This document shows, in pieces, positions 10,367 through 20,962 of a stretch of DNA of 64,000 bases. The stretch comes from Leptolyngbyaceae cyanobacterium (lineage in GTDB: Bacteria; Cyanobacteriota; Cyanobacteriia; Phormidesmidales; Phormidesmidaceae). The notes beneath the pieces were generated by a model. The model was given only the letters and a program-made list of their open reading frames with translations. It was not told the origin of the DNA and ran no database searches. Each line of letters begins with the position of its first letter. The stretch's first letter is position 1. Position numbers and translations under genes: made by a program. The DNA lies in the NCBI GenBank assembly GCA_965263355.1, contig CBDHHL010000048.1, forward strand, positions 128,001-192,000. The letters run 5' to 3'.

Positions 10367-10711
10367 CTACGAGCCTAAGGGAGCGGCTTGGGGAGGTGCC
10401 TCATCAACCTCAGATTCTTGTGGCTCATCAACCACTAACGTCAAATAACGAATAATGTCTTCACTGAGACGCATATCACGTTCCATAGGAGCAATCACAT
10501 CCCCTGGGGCCTGGTAATTCATCTGGATGTAAATACCTTCGCGATAGCGGTTGATTTCATAGGAAAGACGGCGCTTACCACGGTGTTGAGTTTCAAACAC
10601 CTCACCTCCTTTCTCCTTAATCATGCCTTGATACTTGCCGATGGCATTATCGACGGCCTCATCACTGATGTCGGGCCGCAAAATGTACATGGTTTCGTAA
10701 AAGTTACTCAT
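10367..10711 (-). CDS. rpsF: 30S ribosomal protein S6
   Basis: YETMYILRPD, GKRRLSYEI, EGIY, IIRYL. Confidence 0.97.
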   Translation of the reverse strand: MSNFYETMYILRPDISDEAVDNAIGKYQGMIKEKGGEVFETQHRGKRRLSYEINRYREGIYIQMNYQAPGDVIAPMERDMRLSEDIIRYLTLVVDEPQESEVDEAPPQAAPLGS

Positions 10712-10841
10712 GCTGCTCCTTATGGACTAAATGGCCTGGCATTAGAAATCCGCCAAGCAAGGAGCAACTATAATAGCAGAAAGGAGTCAGCAAAAGATAG
10801 GTTTCGAAGCCGCCGCAAACTAACTGGCCAGGGGTAGCACA

Positions 10842-11342
10842 TTAACGAATCTGCATATGAACCGCTTCAGAAATAGTCGGAATTTCTGGATATTGCCCCA
10901 ATAAACACTGATAAACAGAGTAGCCAACCGCAGCTACTCCCCCAAACAATAGAACGTTATAGAACGCATCAGTAATCAGTTCTAAACCGGGCAACTGAAG
11001 CAAGCTCAACAGAAGACCTCCAATGGAAATAATAAAGCCAATTAAAATTGCCTGCAGCGTATTGAAACGAATAAAGTGACTGATATTTGGATTGCGTACA
11101 ACTAAAAGGAACAGCATAAAGAACACTACAAGCGACCCCAACCCAAAGGGCAACAAGCTATAAGCAATCCTAACAGGCGTGGTCAGCAACAAGAGAACAG
11201 TACCCAAAGGAGCTAGCACTGGAAAATTGGAAATCAGCTTAAAAAGGGCTCCACCCACAAAAATAGCGTCAAGCAATGGCAGTAGGTAGGGTAAGCTTCC
11301 GAGTATCTTGTCAGAGGTATCAGTTGTGCTGCGCCAGGTCAT
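10842..11342 (-). CDS. Tic20 (Ycf60) family membrane protein
   Basis: MTWR...LPYLLPL, VVRNPNISHFIRFNTLQAIL, GQYPEIPTISEAV; start placed at ATG 11342. Confidence 0.9.
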   Translation of the reverse strand: MTWRSTTDTSDKILGSLPYLLPLLDAIFVGGALFKLISNFPVLAPLGTVLLLLTTPVRIAYSLLPFGLGSLVVFFMLFLLVVRNPNISHFIRFNTLQAILIGFIISIGGLLLSLLQLPGLELITDAFYNVLLFGGVAAVGYSVYQCLLGQYPEIPTISEAVHMQIR

Positions 11343-11585
11343 AGCAATACTGGAAAAGGAATAAAGTAAAAGAAGCTTTGCAACCAGGCAAAAAGCTGCC
11401 ACTAATTATCCAAAGCTTTCCTCAGCATAGCGCAGCTTCCCGCTAGCGTCTTACGGTTTCCACAAAACCACAAAAATAATAGCCTTGAATATCCTAGGGC
11501 TGACACAAAACAGAGCCCTTACGAAATGATCCATTTTGCAATCGGTTAGTAAATCAGATTTGGTTTTAGACAAACAATGAAACTA

Positions 11586-11798
11586 CTAGCACTCACACTG
11601 TGAAAACGATTCGATATTGGCCAGTCGAAACCCCATTTGACATTGATACTGAGGCAATTGCGTAACAGACTCTAATTGTCTGGCACAGCCTAACTTGCCA
11701 TCACGTAAACGAGGTTGACCGCTTTGGTTAGCCATTAAGCAGCTGGCACAAACCGATGCAGACGGGATTACCTGGTTGTCTAGCAGAATCACCAACAT
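11586..11798 (-). CDS. Small Cys-rich conserved protein downstream of crhR
   Basis: MLVILLDNQ...VCASCLMANQSGQPR...LGC...YQCQMGFRLANI. Confidence 0.75.
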   Translation of the reverse strand: MLVILLDNQVIPSASVCASCLMANQSGQPRLRDGKLGCARQLESVTQLPQYQCQMGFRLANIESFSQCEC

Positions 11799-11901
11799 AG
11801 TATGACGCCCCATCAACAATAAGCCCTAAGCCTATCTTAGGTGAGGTGTAAATGTATTGCACACAACTTTGGTCAGCTTGCACTGACCTCAGCCAATCTG
11901 C

Positions 11902-13305
11902 TTAAGATGCAGGGGTCTCAACCCGACGGCGACGGCGAGCCCGACGAGTACGTTGACGACGCGGCTCCTCCTGAGCCATGTAAGGCTCTTTATCACCGTC
12001 ACCCCGCATCCACGCAGGGCGGGTTTGATCATAGGCCATTTGCAAAGCAGCTGCCGCAACAGTATGAGGATCGTACTCCTCAGTTAGTTGTGACACAATC
12101 GGCAAAAAGGACGCCAACCGCTCGCTAGTCACCGCATCTTTAATCTGAGTTTGCAGCTTCTCTAGAGAACGCGCAGCGATTTCTGCCCGAGTGGGCACCT
12201 TGCAAAAAGCCAGCTCTTGCTTCAAATGACGCTCAATTTGGCGCAGATGATATTTCTCTAAAGGATGCACAATCGAAACAGCCCGACCTTCTTGGCCAGC
12301 ACGCCCGGTTCGACCGATACGATGCACATAGCTGTCCAAATTATCAGGTAGCTCGTAGTTGATTACGTGGGTCAGATTATCAACATGAATTCCGCGAGCA
12401 GCAATATCAGTAGCCACTACCCATCGCACTTGACCTTGCTTAAAACGCAGCAATAAACGCTCCCGTTGAGCTTGATTCAGATCGCCATGGTATTCATCAA
12501 CGCTATGACCAGCCAGTTGTAACTGACGTGTAAGTTCAGCCGCTGTCCGTCGGGTACGCACAAAAATAATGGCTGATTCGGGATCTTCCATCTCTAAAAT
12601 GGGCATCAGAGCACGGGGCTTACTCCAACCGGGAGGTACAACATAGGCTAGCTGGGTAATTCTCTGAGGGGCAGTATTTTGGGACTTGACCTTGACGGTC
12701 ACTGGGGATTTTAAAAACTTAGCCGCCAACTCACGAATCACAGGCTCCATCGTGGCTGAGAAAAATGCTGTTTGTCGCTCTGCTGGGGCATGATTCAGGA
12801 TGTTTTCCACGTCCTGGATAAAGCCCATATTAAGCATTTCATCAGCTTCATCTAGCACTAACCAACTTAGCTGCTCAAAACTGAGAGCACCTCGACTGAG
12901 TAAGTCTAAGACTCGTCCGGGAGTACCGACAACCATATGAACACCACGACGGAGCTGACTGAGCTGGCGTTCAATTGATTGACCACCGTAAACAGGCAAC
13001 ACCCGCAGCTGAGCACTATGCTTGAGACCTTGGACCGCCTGGCAGACCTGCATCGCCAGCTCGCGTGTCGGGGTGAGCACTAAGGCCTGTACGGAGCGCT
13101 TGTTGACATTTAACTGCTCCAGAATCGGTAGTGAGAAAGCGGCAGTCTTACCGGTTCCCGTTTGGGCTAAACCCACCACATCATGCCCGGCGAGCATATG
13201 GGGAATCGCTTGGGCTTGGATCGGCGTGGGCTCTTTAAAGCCAAGTTCATCCAAGTGTTGAACTTGGGGTTCAGATAACCCGAGGTCGGCAAAAGACAAT
13301 GTCAT
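11902..13305 (-). CDS. crhR: DEAD-box RNA helicase (CrhR type)
   Basis: AQTGTGKT, PTRELA, DEAD, SAT, HRIGRTGRAG; directly downstream of rimO as in the known rimO-crhR operon. Confidence 0.93.
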   Translation of the reverse strand: MTLSFADLGLSEPQVQHLDELGFKEPTPIQAQAIPHMLAGHDVVGLAQTGTGKTAAFSLPILEQLNVNKRSVQALVLTPTRELAMQVCQAVQGLKHSAQLRVLPVYGGQSIERQLSQLRRGVHMVVGTPGRVLDLLSRGALSFEQLSWLVLDEADEMLNMGFIQDVENILNHAPAERQTAFFSATMEPVIRELAAKFLKSPVTVKVKSQNTAPQRITQLAYVVPPGWSKPRALMPILEMEDPESAIIFVRTRRTAAELTRQLQLAGHSVDEYHGDLNQAQRERLLLRFKQGQVRWVVATDIAARGIHVDNLTHVINYELPDNLDSYVHRIGRTGRAGQEGRAVSIVHPLEKYHLRQIERHLKQELAFCKVPTRAEIAARSLEKLQTQIKDAVTSERLASFLPIVSQLTEEYDPHTVAAAALQMAYDQTRPAWMRGDGDKEPYMAQEEPRRQRTRRARRRRRVETPAS

Positions 13306-13342
13306 TTAGACTCCTTTGAGGTCATTGAGTGCAGACGAGAAA

Positions 13343-14704
13343 TTAAAGAGAAATACTGTTAGGCGCTAAATTTGAGACCGCAGAATTGACAGATACAAAT
13401 GTGCCAAAGAGATCATAGGTATCAGCTCCACTAATCTGTACAGGTACTATCTGGGCTAAAGGCGGTGCGCCTTTGACATAGACAAGACCATCGACATCCG
13501 GAGCAAAGCGAGCAGAGCGACCAATACATTCGCTTTGCCCCGGATTTTCTTGTTCAATAAGAACATCCACAACTTTGCCAATCTCAGATTGATTGCGCCT
13601 AAAAGAAATTTCTTGTTGAGTCAGCATCAGCTCTTCCCGCCGCTGGTGCATAACTACCGGATCAACTTGATTGGGTAACTCCATAGCTGGAGTACCTTCT
13701 TCAGCAGAGAAGGTAAACACACCGACATGATCAAACTCATGGCACTTTACAAATGCTTTAAGATGCTCAAAGTGAGCGTCTGTTTCGCCAGGAAAGCCCA
13801 CGATAAAGGTGGTCCGTAGAACGGCATCCGGTAACGCCGTCTTTAGGTGCTGAATGATGTCGTCGTTGACACGCCCTTGCCAAGGCCGATTCATTGCCCT
13901 CAATATTTCGGGATGAGAGTGCTGCAGTGGCAAATCTAAATAGGGCAAAACATTGGGTGTTGACCGAATAGCGTCGAGTACTGCCGCAGTCAGCCCCGTA
14001 GGATAGGCATAGTGCATCCGAATCCATCGCACGTCAACTTCTCCTAAAGCCCTTAGCAGCTCTGCGAGCTTTGGTTTACCGTACAGGTCTACACCATAAT
14101 TGGTCGTAATTTGGGAAATCAGCACCAACTCTTGCACCCCTTCAGCGGCAAGCTGATGGGCTTCAGCCACAATGGACTCAATTGGACGAGAGCGTTGATT
14201 GCCGCGTAAATGGGGAATAATGCAAAAGGCACAGCGATAATCGCAACCTTCAGCAACACGGATGTAAGCAACGCCTTCACTAGTGGTGCGATAACGAGGA
14301 ACTGTTTCATCAGCAATGTAAGTGGGCTCAGCCGAAACCACCTTGACCCGCTCCCCCGCCTCAGCCCGTTCTATCACCTCAACAATCCGGTGATAATCTC
14401 CAGTGCCAATCAAAGCAACCGCCTCGGGTATTTCCTCAAGTAGTTCTGATTGAAAATGCTGAGCTAAGCACCCCGCAATCACAATCTTTTTGTTAGCTTC
14501 CGCCAGCTCTACTAAAGTCCGAACCGACTCCTTACGAGCTTCTTCAATAAAACTGCAAGTATTGACAATGACATAGTCAGCAAGCTCTTCATTCGCATCA
14601 ACCTGATAACCGGCCCTAACCAAAAGGCCTAACATATGCTCAGTATCGACACGGTTTTTCTCACAACCCAAGTGAGAAATAGCAACAGTTGGCTTATGAA
14701 CCAT
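13343..14704 (-). CDS. rimO: Ribosomal protein S12 methylthiotransferase
   Basis: [17 protein letters not shown], radical-[12 protein letters not shown]-terminal TRAM with APDVDG. Confidence 0.97.
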   Translation of the reverse strand: MVHKPTVAISHLGCEKNRVDTEHMLGLLVRAGYQVDANEELADYVIVNTCSFIEEARKESVRTLVELAEANKKIVIAGCLAQHFQSELLEEIPEAVALIGTGDYHRIVEVIERAEAGERVKVVSAEPTYIADETVPRYRTTSEGVAYIRVAEGCDYRCAFCIIPHLRGNQRSRPIESIVAEAHQLAAEGVQELVLISQITTNYGVDLYGKPKLAELLRALGEVDVRWIRMHYAYPTGLTAAVLDAIRSTPNVLPYLDLPLQHSHPEILRAMNRPWQGRVNDDIIQHLKTALPDAVLRTTFIVGFPGETDAHFEHLKAFVKCHEFDHVGVFTFSAEEGTPAMELPNQVDPVVMHQRREELMLTQQEISFRRNQSEIGKVVDVLIEQENPGQSECIGRSARFAPDVDGLVYVKGAPPLAQIVPVQISGADTYDLFGTFVSVNSAVSNLAPNSISL

Positions 14705-15039
14705 AAATTCTTATTATGCAAAAATTAGGGTGCTAGTCTCCAGAGCAGGCGTTGCGATCGCACGGATGACTCAGCACCTCACCCTATCACTGGACTTTTG
14801 AATGGGTAGCGATTGTTTTTGCCCGGTTGAGGAAATTATAACATAACTATACAATTCTGGGGATCTTCCTAGGAAGGATTGATTTGCCTGGGAAACAGCT
14901 TGTGCTGCATCTAAATAAAATGTAGCTATTGAGGCTGCCCATGCAGGCTCAATCCGAGGGATTTCTGGCAAATAGCATCTTTATTAGCTCAATTCATCCT
15001 GTAATCAACAGTGACAGTAACGTAAATTTTTGAGACCTT

Positions 15040-15849
15040 GTGGAGTTAAAAACACTTTTTAAGACATCAACCCCTGTCATTGGGGTAGTACATTTACTGC
15101 CTCTGCCTACATCAGCTCGTTGGCAGGGATCCTTGCAGGCAGTCGTCAATCGAGCAGTGCAGGAAGCCGTAGCGCTGGCATCTGGTGGTGTGCATGCCAT
15201 CATTGTAGAAAACTTTTTTGATGCACCCTTTACAAACGGCAACGTCGATCCTGCCGTAGTCAGCGCGATGACCATAGTAATTAGTCGTCTCAGGCAGCTA
15301 GTGACAGTCCCCATCGGTATCAATGTATTACGCAACGATGCCCATAGTGGATTAGCAATTGCAACCTGTACTGGCGCTGAGTTTATTCGAGTCAACGTGC
15401 TGACTGGAGTGATGGCAACAGATCAGGGTGTTATCGAAGGAGATGCCCATCGGATTATGCGCTATCGCCGAGAACTTGGTAGCGACATTAAGGTATTTGC
15501 TGATGTGCTGGTCAAACATGCTGTGCCCTTAGGTTCCATAGGTATGGAAACAGCTATGACTAATGCCGTTGCTGATACCATACACCGAGGCTTAGCCGAT
15601 GCCATCATTGTTTCTGGTGGGGCAACGGGACAGGCACCAACCCAGGAAGATCTGACTAATGCTAAAGCGACTGCAGGTAAAATTCCAGTTTTAATTGGCA
15701 GCGGCGCTACCGTGGACAATATTACTCAGCTAATCAAATCGGCAGATGGGGTCATTGTTGCTAGTTCCTTAAAACGATGGGGCCAGATTGAGCAGCCCGT
15801 GGACCCCCATCGTGTGGGTCAATTTATGGATGCGATATCGTGCCCGTAG
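15040..15849 (+). CDS. btpA: Photosystem I biogenesis protein BtpA
   Basis: IGVVHLLPLP, ENFFDAPF, GINVLRND, ADVLVKHA. Confidence 0.95.
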   Translation: MELKTLFKTSTPVIGVVHLLPLPTSARWQGSLQAVVNRAVQEAVALASGGVHAIIVENFFDAPFTNGNVDPAVVSAMTIVISRLRQLVTVPIGINVLRNDAHSGLAIATCTGAEFIRVNVLTGVMATDQGVIEGDAHRIMRYRRELGSDIKVFADVLVKHAVPLGSIGMETAMTNAVADTIHRGLADAIIVSGGATGQAPTQEDLTNAKATAGKIPVLIGSGATVDNITQLIKSADGVIVASSLKRWGQIEQPVDPHRVGQFMDAISCP

Positions 15850-16023
15850 GGGTTGGCATGTCAACCTCTACAGACACAATTGCTGGTAATGATTCTGGAA
15901 CATCTTTACCGAAGGCACTATTTTTTGTCTAAGATGCAGTCGGGGCTGTCTGGGAATAGTCTATCTATTGGGGTATGTCCTACTTTTTGTTTATCTTGAT
16001 GAGCTGAGAGTTATCCGTAAGTT

Positions 16024-16947
16024 ATGGGACGTCGCCGTAAAGAAACTCGTGGAATTTATCGTTGGTCGCGCCCAGCCATTGGTGCGATCGCAACCGTTGG
16101 AGCCCTAGGCACCGCTTATTTAACGGTGATCAAACTGATGGGAAACAATGCCGCATGTCCCGTAAAGGGCTGTGATCAGGTCCTAAACAGTGCCTATGCA
16201 GAGGTATTTGGCATTCCGTTGACATTATTTGGCTGCCTCGCCTATTTGTCTATGGTGGCGTTATCCTTGGGGCCACTATTGATCAATGAAGAAAGCAATA
16301 GCAAACAGCGTCAGCAGCTAGAAGACACCACATGGCCGCTCTTATTTATTGGAGCCACAGGCATGATGGTCTTTAGCGGATATTTAATGTACCTGCTCGC
16401 TACTGAACTCCAAGCCGCTTGCCTCTATTGCATTGCGTCTGCATCCTTTACGGTGCTCATGTTCTTACTGGCTCTGTTGGGTCGCCAGTGGGAAGACCAA
16501 GGGGCACTTATATTTCGTGGAGTGATCATGGGCATGGTAACCCTAGTGGCTACCATTGGTATGTATTCCATTAGTATCAATGGCCCAGCCGCCACTGCCA
16601 GCAGTGCTGGCAATACAGGTCCTGCAATTACCAGTACCTCTGGCCCAGCAGAAGTCGCTTTGGCTAAGCATCTCAAAGAAATAGGAGCCAAAATGTATGG
16701 TGCCTACTGGTGCCCCCATTGCTTTGACCAAAAGCAGCTCTTTGGTCAAGAGGCGAAGAAATATATGCCTTACATCGAATGTGCTGAGGATGGTGCTGAT
16801 TCTCAAACGGCACTCTGTAAGTCCGTCCCCGAAATTAGTGGATTCCCGACTTGGGAGGTCAATGGTCAATTTTTACCCGGCACCCAGACCTTGAGCAAAC
16901 TAGCCGAAGCCTCGGGCTATCAAGGCCCTACGGATTTCAAAAATTAA
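16024..16947 (+). CDS. VKOR plus thioredoxin-like fusion (thylakoid disulfide-bond formation, LTO1/DsbAB type)
   Basis: CPVKGCDQVLNS, CLYC, YGAYWCPHC, GFPTW. Confidence 0.93.
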   Translation: MGRRRKETRGIYRWSRPAIGAIATVGALGTAYLTVIKLMGNNAACPVKGCDQVLNSAYAEVFGIPLTLFGCLAYLSMVALSLGPLLINEESNSKQRQQLEDTTWPLLFIGATGMMVFSGYLMYLLATELQAACLYCIASASFTVLMFLLALLGRQWEDQGALIFRGVIMGMVTLVATIGMYSISINGPAATASSAGNTGPAITSTSGPAEVALAKHLKEIGAKMYGAYWCPHCFDQKQLFGQEAKKYMPYIECAEDGADSQTALCKSVPEISGFPTWEVNGQFLPGTQTLSKLAEASGYQGPTDFKN

Positions 16948-16963
16948 TTCTTTAAAGGCATTG

Positions 16964-17003
16964 CATTGTTTAGGGTCATGGCATGCCATGACCCTAAACA
17001 ATG
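16964..17003. repeat. Perfect 40-bp palindrome (REP-like) between convergent genes
   Basis: CATTGTTTAGGGTCATGGCA|TGCCATGACCCTAAACAATG. Confidence 0.9.
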
Positions 17004-17010
17004 TGTCAAT

Positions 17011-18210
17011 CTAACTAAAATTGATTTCTAGTAGGGACAGATCATCAGAAAGATCTTGACCTACGGCCATGCTGGGCATTACAGCATGACTAATCAGCTG
17101 ATCCAGCTGCCCTGGTCGCGGACATTTGACAATGTGTTCAATAAAGCTGTCTAGTCCAAGAATTTCACCAGCTTCCGCCAAAGATGTTTCCGGCACTTCG
17201 TAGACACCATCGCTAAAAATATAGAGATAGCTGTTATCTGGAATTGAGCACCGCTTCCAGGTATAAGTCGTGTCCGGCATCATACCAATAGGCATCCCCG
17301 GTGTTCGCAAACGCATCGTTTCAGCCATAACCGCCCCATTCTCAAGGTTTTTGACTGTTTCAGATTGAGACAGCAACACTGCTGGCGGATGACCTGCACT
17401 GGCATACATGAGCTGACGATTGACACGATTGTAGACGCCGTACCAAATGGTGAAGTATTTTTCGTTTTGGTCGGTCATCTGAAACATATTGTTTAGACTT
17501 TCGAGTACCTTATCAGGCCGATAAAAATTTGTGCCGGGTAGGGACTGCGATCTCAATACATTCAGCACAGACGTAGACAGCAGCGCTGCGCCTAACCCAT
17601 GCCCCGAAACATCCAGCAGATACATCACCAGATAATCGGGATCTAACCAGTAAAAATCAAAACAATCCCCCCCTAGTTGCTGAGATGGCAGAAAGCGAGT
17701 TTGAATTTTCACAGGCGGCTTATCCGTATCTCTGGGCAAAAGTGACTGCACATAGGACGCAGCTTCTGCTAACTCATTCTCCAGATACTGTTTTTGCTTT
17801 TTCAAATCACGGGTCAGCTGACATAGACGCATCCCAGATTTAACACGAGCCTTGAGTTCCGCCATATCAATAGGTTTCATCAACAGATCGTCGGCCCCTG
17901 CTTCTAGGGCTTCTACACGACTGGCTGTCTCCGCATGGGCGGTAATCAACAGAAACGAACTCATAGAGAGATCTGGGTGCTCCTTTAAGCGACGGCAAAT
18001 CTCCAAGCCATCCATCTTACCTGGCAAACGCCAATCACAGAGGATCACCGGGGGGGTAATCGCTAATGCCTGCTCTAAACCAGCAGCAGCTGTTTCTGCA
18101 ATTGCCACACGATATCCCTGGCTTTGCAAAATTCTTTGAAGGATACGTCGAATGATCGGATCGTCATCGATCACTAAAATATCTGCGATAGGATCAACTG
18201 CCTTCACCAT
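17011..18210 (-). CDS. Response regulator receiver plus PP2C/SpoIIE phosphatase (RsbU-like)
   Basis: ILVIDDD...LCDW...KP receiver; GGD, DVSGHG, SAGHPP, FSDG, DDLS phosphatase motifs. Confidence 0.93.
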   Translation of the reverse strand: MVKAVDPIADILVIDDDPIIRRILQRILQSQGYRVAIAETAAAGLEQALAITPPVILCDWRLPGKMDGLEICRRLKEHPDLSMSSFLLITAHAETASRVEALEAGADDLLMKPIDMAELKARVKSGMRLCQLTRDLKKQKQYLENELAEAASYVQSLLPRDTDKPPVKIQTRFLPSQQLGGDCFDFYWLDPDYLVMYLLDVSGHGLGAALLSTSVLNVLRSQSLPGTNFYRPDKVLESLNNMFQMTDQNEKYFTIWYGVYNRVNRQLMYASAGHPPAVLLSQSETVKNLENGAVMAETMRLRTPGMPIGMMPDTTYTWKRCSIPDNSYLYIFSDGVYEVPETSLAEAGEILGLDSFIEHIVKCPRPGQLDQLISHAVMPSMAVGQDLSDDLSLLEINFS

Positions 18211-18818
18211 TACACCAAGACGACGCAAAGGTTTGTTTCAAAATGCCATTTTCCTAACCCCATGCTGGCATTCCTCCATGGACTATTAGCTTTACTACTC
18301 ATGGCATTGAGGTCCCACCAACGTGATTAGCAAACAACTAGCAATCGGAATGATATCAAAGGGTAAAAGACTCTCTTAATCCGAGAAAAATTCTGGGTTT
18401 CAGCTAGAGTGTACCCTTCTCATTCAGACATATGAAGATAATTAGTCAAAAATATGTGTATACAAACTTCCAAAGAATGGCAGCCAAAAACAGTAAGTCA
18501 ACTGTAATTAATTTTTTGAGCTAATAGAAACAATAGTCGAACTGCATCTTTATCGATGGACTATTTTATCAGTCTACAGAGGATATTTGCGAACTAACGA
18601 GTGATTATAGAGCTGTCAAAATAATGTATCTGCCGTAGATATAACATCGGACGTCTAAAGTGAGAAAGTGTGCCCTTCAGCTAGGTACGATTAGAAACGG
18701 GATGAATATGCCAAAAATTTGGTATCAGAGTATGCGCCATAGGTGAAAAATTATTGCAATCCTACCCTGGGCCCAGAGGTAATTTCTAAGCTAAGATTGC
18801 GCTGCTACTACTTTAACT

Positions 18819-19283
18819 ATGGAAAGTACCTGTGATCTACCCACCAGCTGCGTTTTACCCGTTCTAAAGTCCCCCCAAGATTACCAGGTATTTCGCATTA
18901 GTCCCGACGACCAAAACCGCTTAGCGCTTTTAGTAGACCCCACATTAGGCCACGCTAAGTTAACTTGCTGTGTAGAAATTTTTGATGCGGGTGGCAGAAC
19001 ACCTATCCATCGCCATCAAGTGGCTGCGGAAATGTTCTACGTGCTCAAAGGTGAAGGACGGGTTGTTTGTGATGGTAAAAATTCAACCATTCGAACGGGA
19101 GACAGTATTCTAGTGCCGTCCCATGGGGTTCATTTTGTTGAGAATATTGGTTCACAACGCCTCTACTTACTTAGTGTAATGGTGCCTAACGAGGATTTCG
19201 CAGAACTCATTCATAATGGGGTCCCAGCAGAATTAGATGAAGAGGACATGGCTGTTTTAGGGCGGCAGACCCATAGCGTTTAA
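18819..19283 (+). CDS. Cupin domain protein
   Basis: HRHQVAAEMFYVLKGEG and GDSILVPSHGVH cupin motifs. Confidence 0.9.
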   Translation: MESTCDLPTSCVLPVLKSPQDYQVFRISPDDQNRLALLVDPTLGHAKLTCCVEIFDAGGRTPIHRHQVAAEMFYVLKGEGRVVCDGKNSTIRTGDSILVPSHGVHFVENIGSQRLYLLSVMVPNEDFAELIHNGVPAELDEEDMAVLGRQTHSV

Positions 19284-20962
19284 TGCCGTCTGATTTTCTG
19301 CCTGTAAAACCTAAACGGATCTATTCACTGCAGATGCGGGATGGCACCCGTTTAGATGCAGATGTTTATTACCCTGACACAGAGGGGCCATGGCCTGTAT
19401 TACTAATGCGTCAGCCCTATGGGCGTGCGATCGCATCCACCGTCGTCTATGCCCATCCCACCTGGTATGCTGCCTATGGCTACATCGTGGTGATTCAAGA
19501 TGTGCGGGGTCGCGGGACGTCTGAAGGGAAGTTTGACCTATTTGCCCATGAGGTTAAAGACGGCTACGACACTGTTCAGTGGGCTGCCCAGCTACCTGGC
19601 AGCAATGGACAGGTGGGCATGTATGGATTTTCTTACCAAGGCATGACCCAGCTTTATGCAGCCCAAGCTCAGCCTTCTGCCCTCAAAGCCCTAGCTCCAG
19701 CAATGGTAGGGTACGACTTATATCAAGATTGGGCTTACGAAAATGGTGCACTACGGTTGCAAGCCGGATTAGGCTGGGCCATCCAATTGGCGGCAGAAAC
19801 TGCTCGGTTAAACGATGATGCGACAGCATTTAATGCCTTACGAGCAACCTCTCGAAATTTACCACTCAACGGCCCGATCTCTGCCTATCCAGATGTGATT
19901 AAGCAACATGCCCCCAAGTCATTTTGGCATGACTGGCTTGCCCATCCTCAAAATGATGACTATTGGCAGTCCTTAAAACCTGACTTAACTGATGTTGATT
20001 TGCCTATGCTCCACGTAGGAGGATGGTTTGATACTTATCTAACTGGTGATATCAGGCTCTTTAAAGAAATGGTCGGTCGTAGCCAGTATCCTCAACATCT
20101 ATGGGTGGGGCCTTGGGGGCATATTCCTTGGAGTCGCCAGGTTGGTGAAATGGATTTTGGACATCAGGCCATGAATCCGATTGATCAGCTACAGATTCAA
20201 TGGTTTGATCATTTTCTCAAAGGTGATGGTACGGATTTACGGAGTCAGTCTCCGGTGAATCTTTTTGAAATGGTCGGCAACCAGTGGCGAGCATTTGATG
20301 CCTGGCCTCAGGATACACAGCAAACGCAGTATCAGCTTAAGAGCTATGGGTTAGCAGCCATGCGCACAGATAACGGTCGATTGGATTTAGACGATTCTGA
20401 CCTAGATTCAAACCTTGGAGAGGCAACAAAAACAAAGCCAGCTCAAATTGTAGATGTGCTGGTACACGATCCATGGCGACCAGCACCGTCATTAGGAGGT
20501 CATGCGGCCTTTCCATCTGGTTCGTTTGAGCGCACAGCATTAGAGGGGCGTAGCGATATATTGACCTACACGACACCGCTATTAGAGCAAGACCTGGCAG
20601 TAGTTGGTCGAGCAATGGTGACCCTACATATTCAGGCAGATGCCCCTAGCTATGATCTCTGTGCAGTGCTGTCAGTGGTTTATCCTGACCATCGCGTCTT
20701 TAACCTAACGCAAGGCTATAAGCGTATTGTTGATAACACGGACAGACAGAGTGTAAGAGTGCTGTTGCAGCCCACCTGTTTTCGATTATCTGCAGGACAA
20801 GCCCTACGGTTAAGTTTAAGTGCGGCTTGTTTTCCTGCCTATACGGTGAATTCTGGCACTAACTGTAATTTCCTGGATACGGTGCCTACCATTGAGCACC
20901 AGATTATTACCCTAACGCTCCATCAGAGCGATGATACCTTGCTGACGCTGCCAATAGCTTAA
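19283..20962 (+). CDS. CocE/NonD family serine hydrolase (peptidase S15)
   Basis: MRDGTRLDADVY, QDVRGRGTSEG, nucleophile GFSYQG, GGWFD, GPWGH. Confidence 0.93.
   Translation: MPSDFLPVKPKRIYSLQMRDGTRLDADVYYPDTEGPWPVLLMRQPYGRAIASTVVYAHPTWYAAYGYIVVIQDVRGRGTSEGKFDLFAHEVKDGYDTVQWAAQLPGSNGQVGMYGFSYQGMTQLYAAQAQPSALKALAPAMVGYDLYQDWAYENGALRLQAGLGWAIQLAAETARLNDDATAFNALRATSRNLPLNGPISAYPDVIKQHAPKSFWHDWLAHPQNDDYWQSLKPDLTDVDLPMLHVGGWFDTYLTGDIRLFKEMVGRSQYPQHLWVGPWGHIPWSRQVGEMDFGHQAMNPIDQLQIQWFDHFLKGDGTDLRSQSPVNLFEMVGNQWRAFDAWPQDTQQTQYQLKSYGLAAMRTDNGRLDLDDSDLDSNLGEATKTKPAQIVDVLVHDPWRPAPSLGGHAAFPSGSFERTALEGRSDILTYTTPLLEQDLAVVGRAMVTLHIQADAPSYDLCAVLSVVYPDHRVFNLTQGYKRIVDNTDRQSVRVLLQPTCFRLSAGQALRLSLSAACFPAYTVNSGTNCNFLDTVPTIEHQIITLTLHQSDDTLLTLPIA

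Noticed and set aside
18229..18818. Long AT-rich spacer searched for a STAS partner gene or an sRNA
   Set aside because: No credible ORF, terminator or consensus box seen
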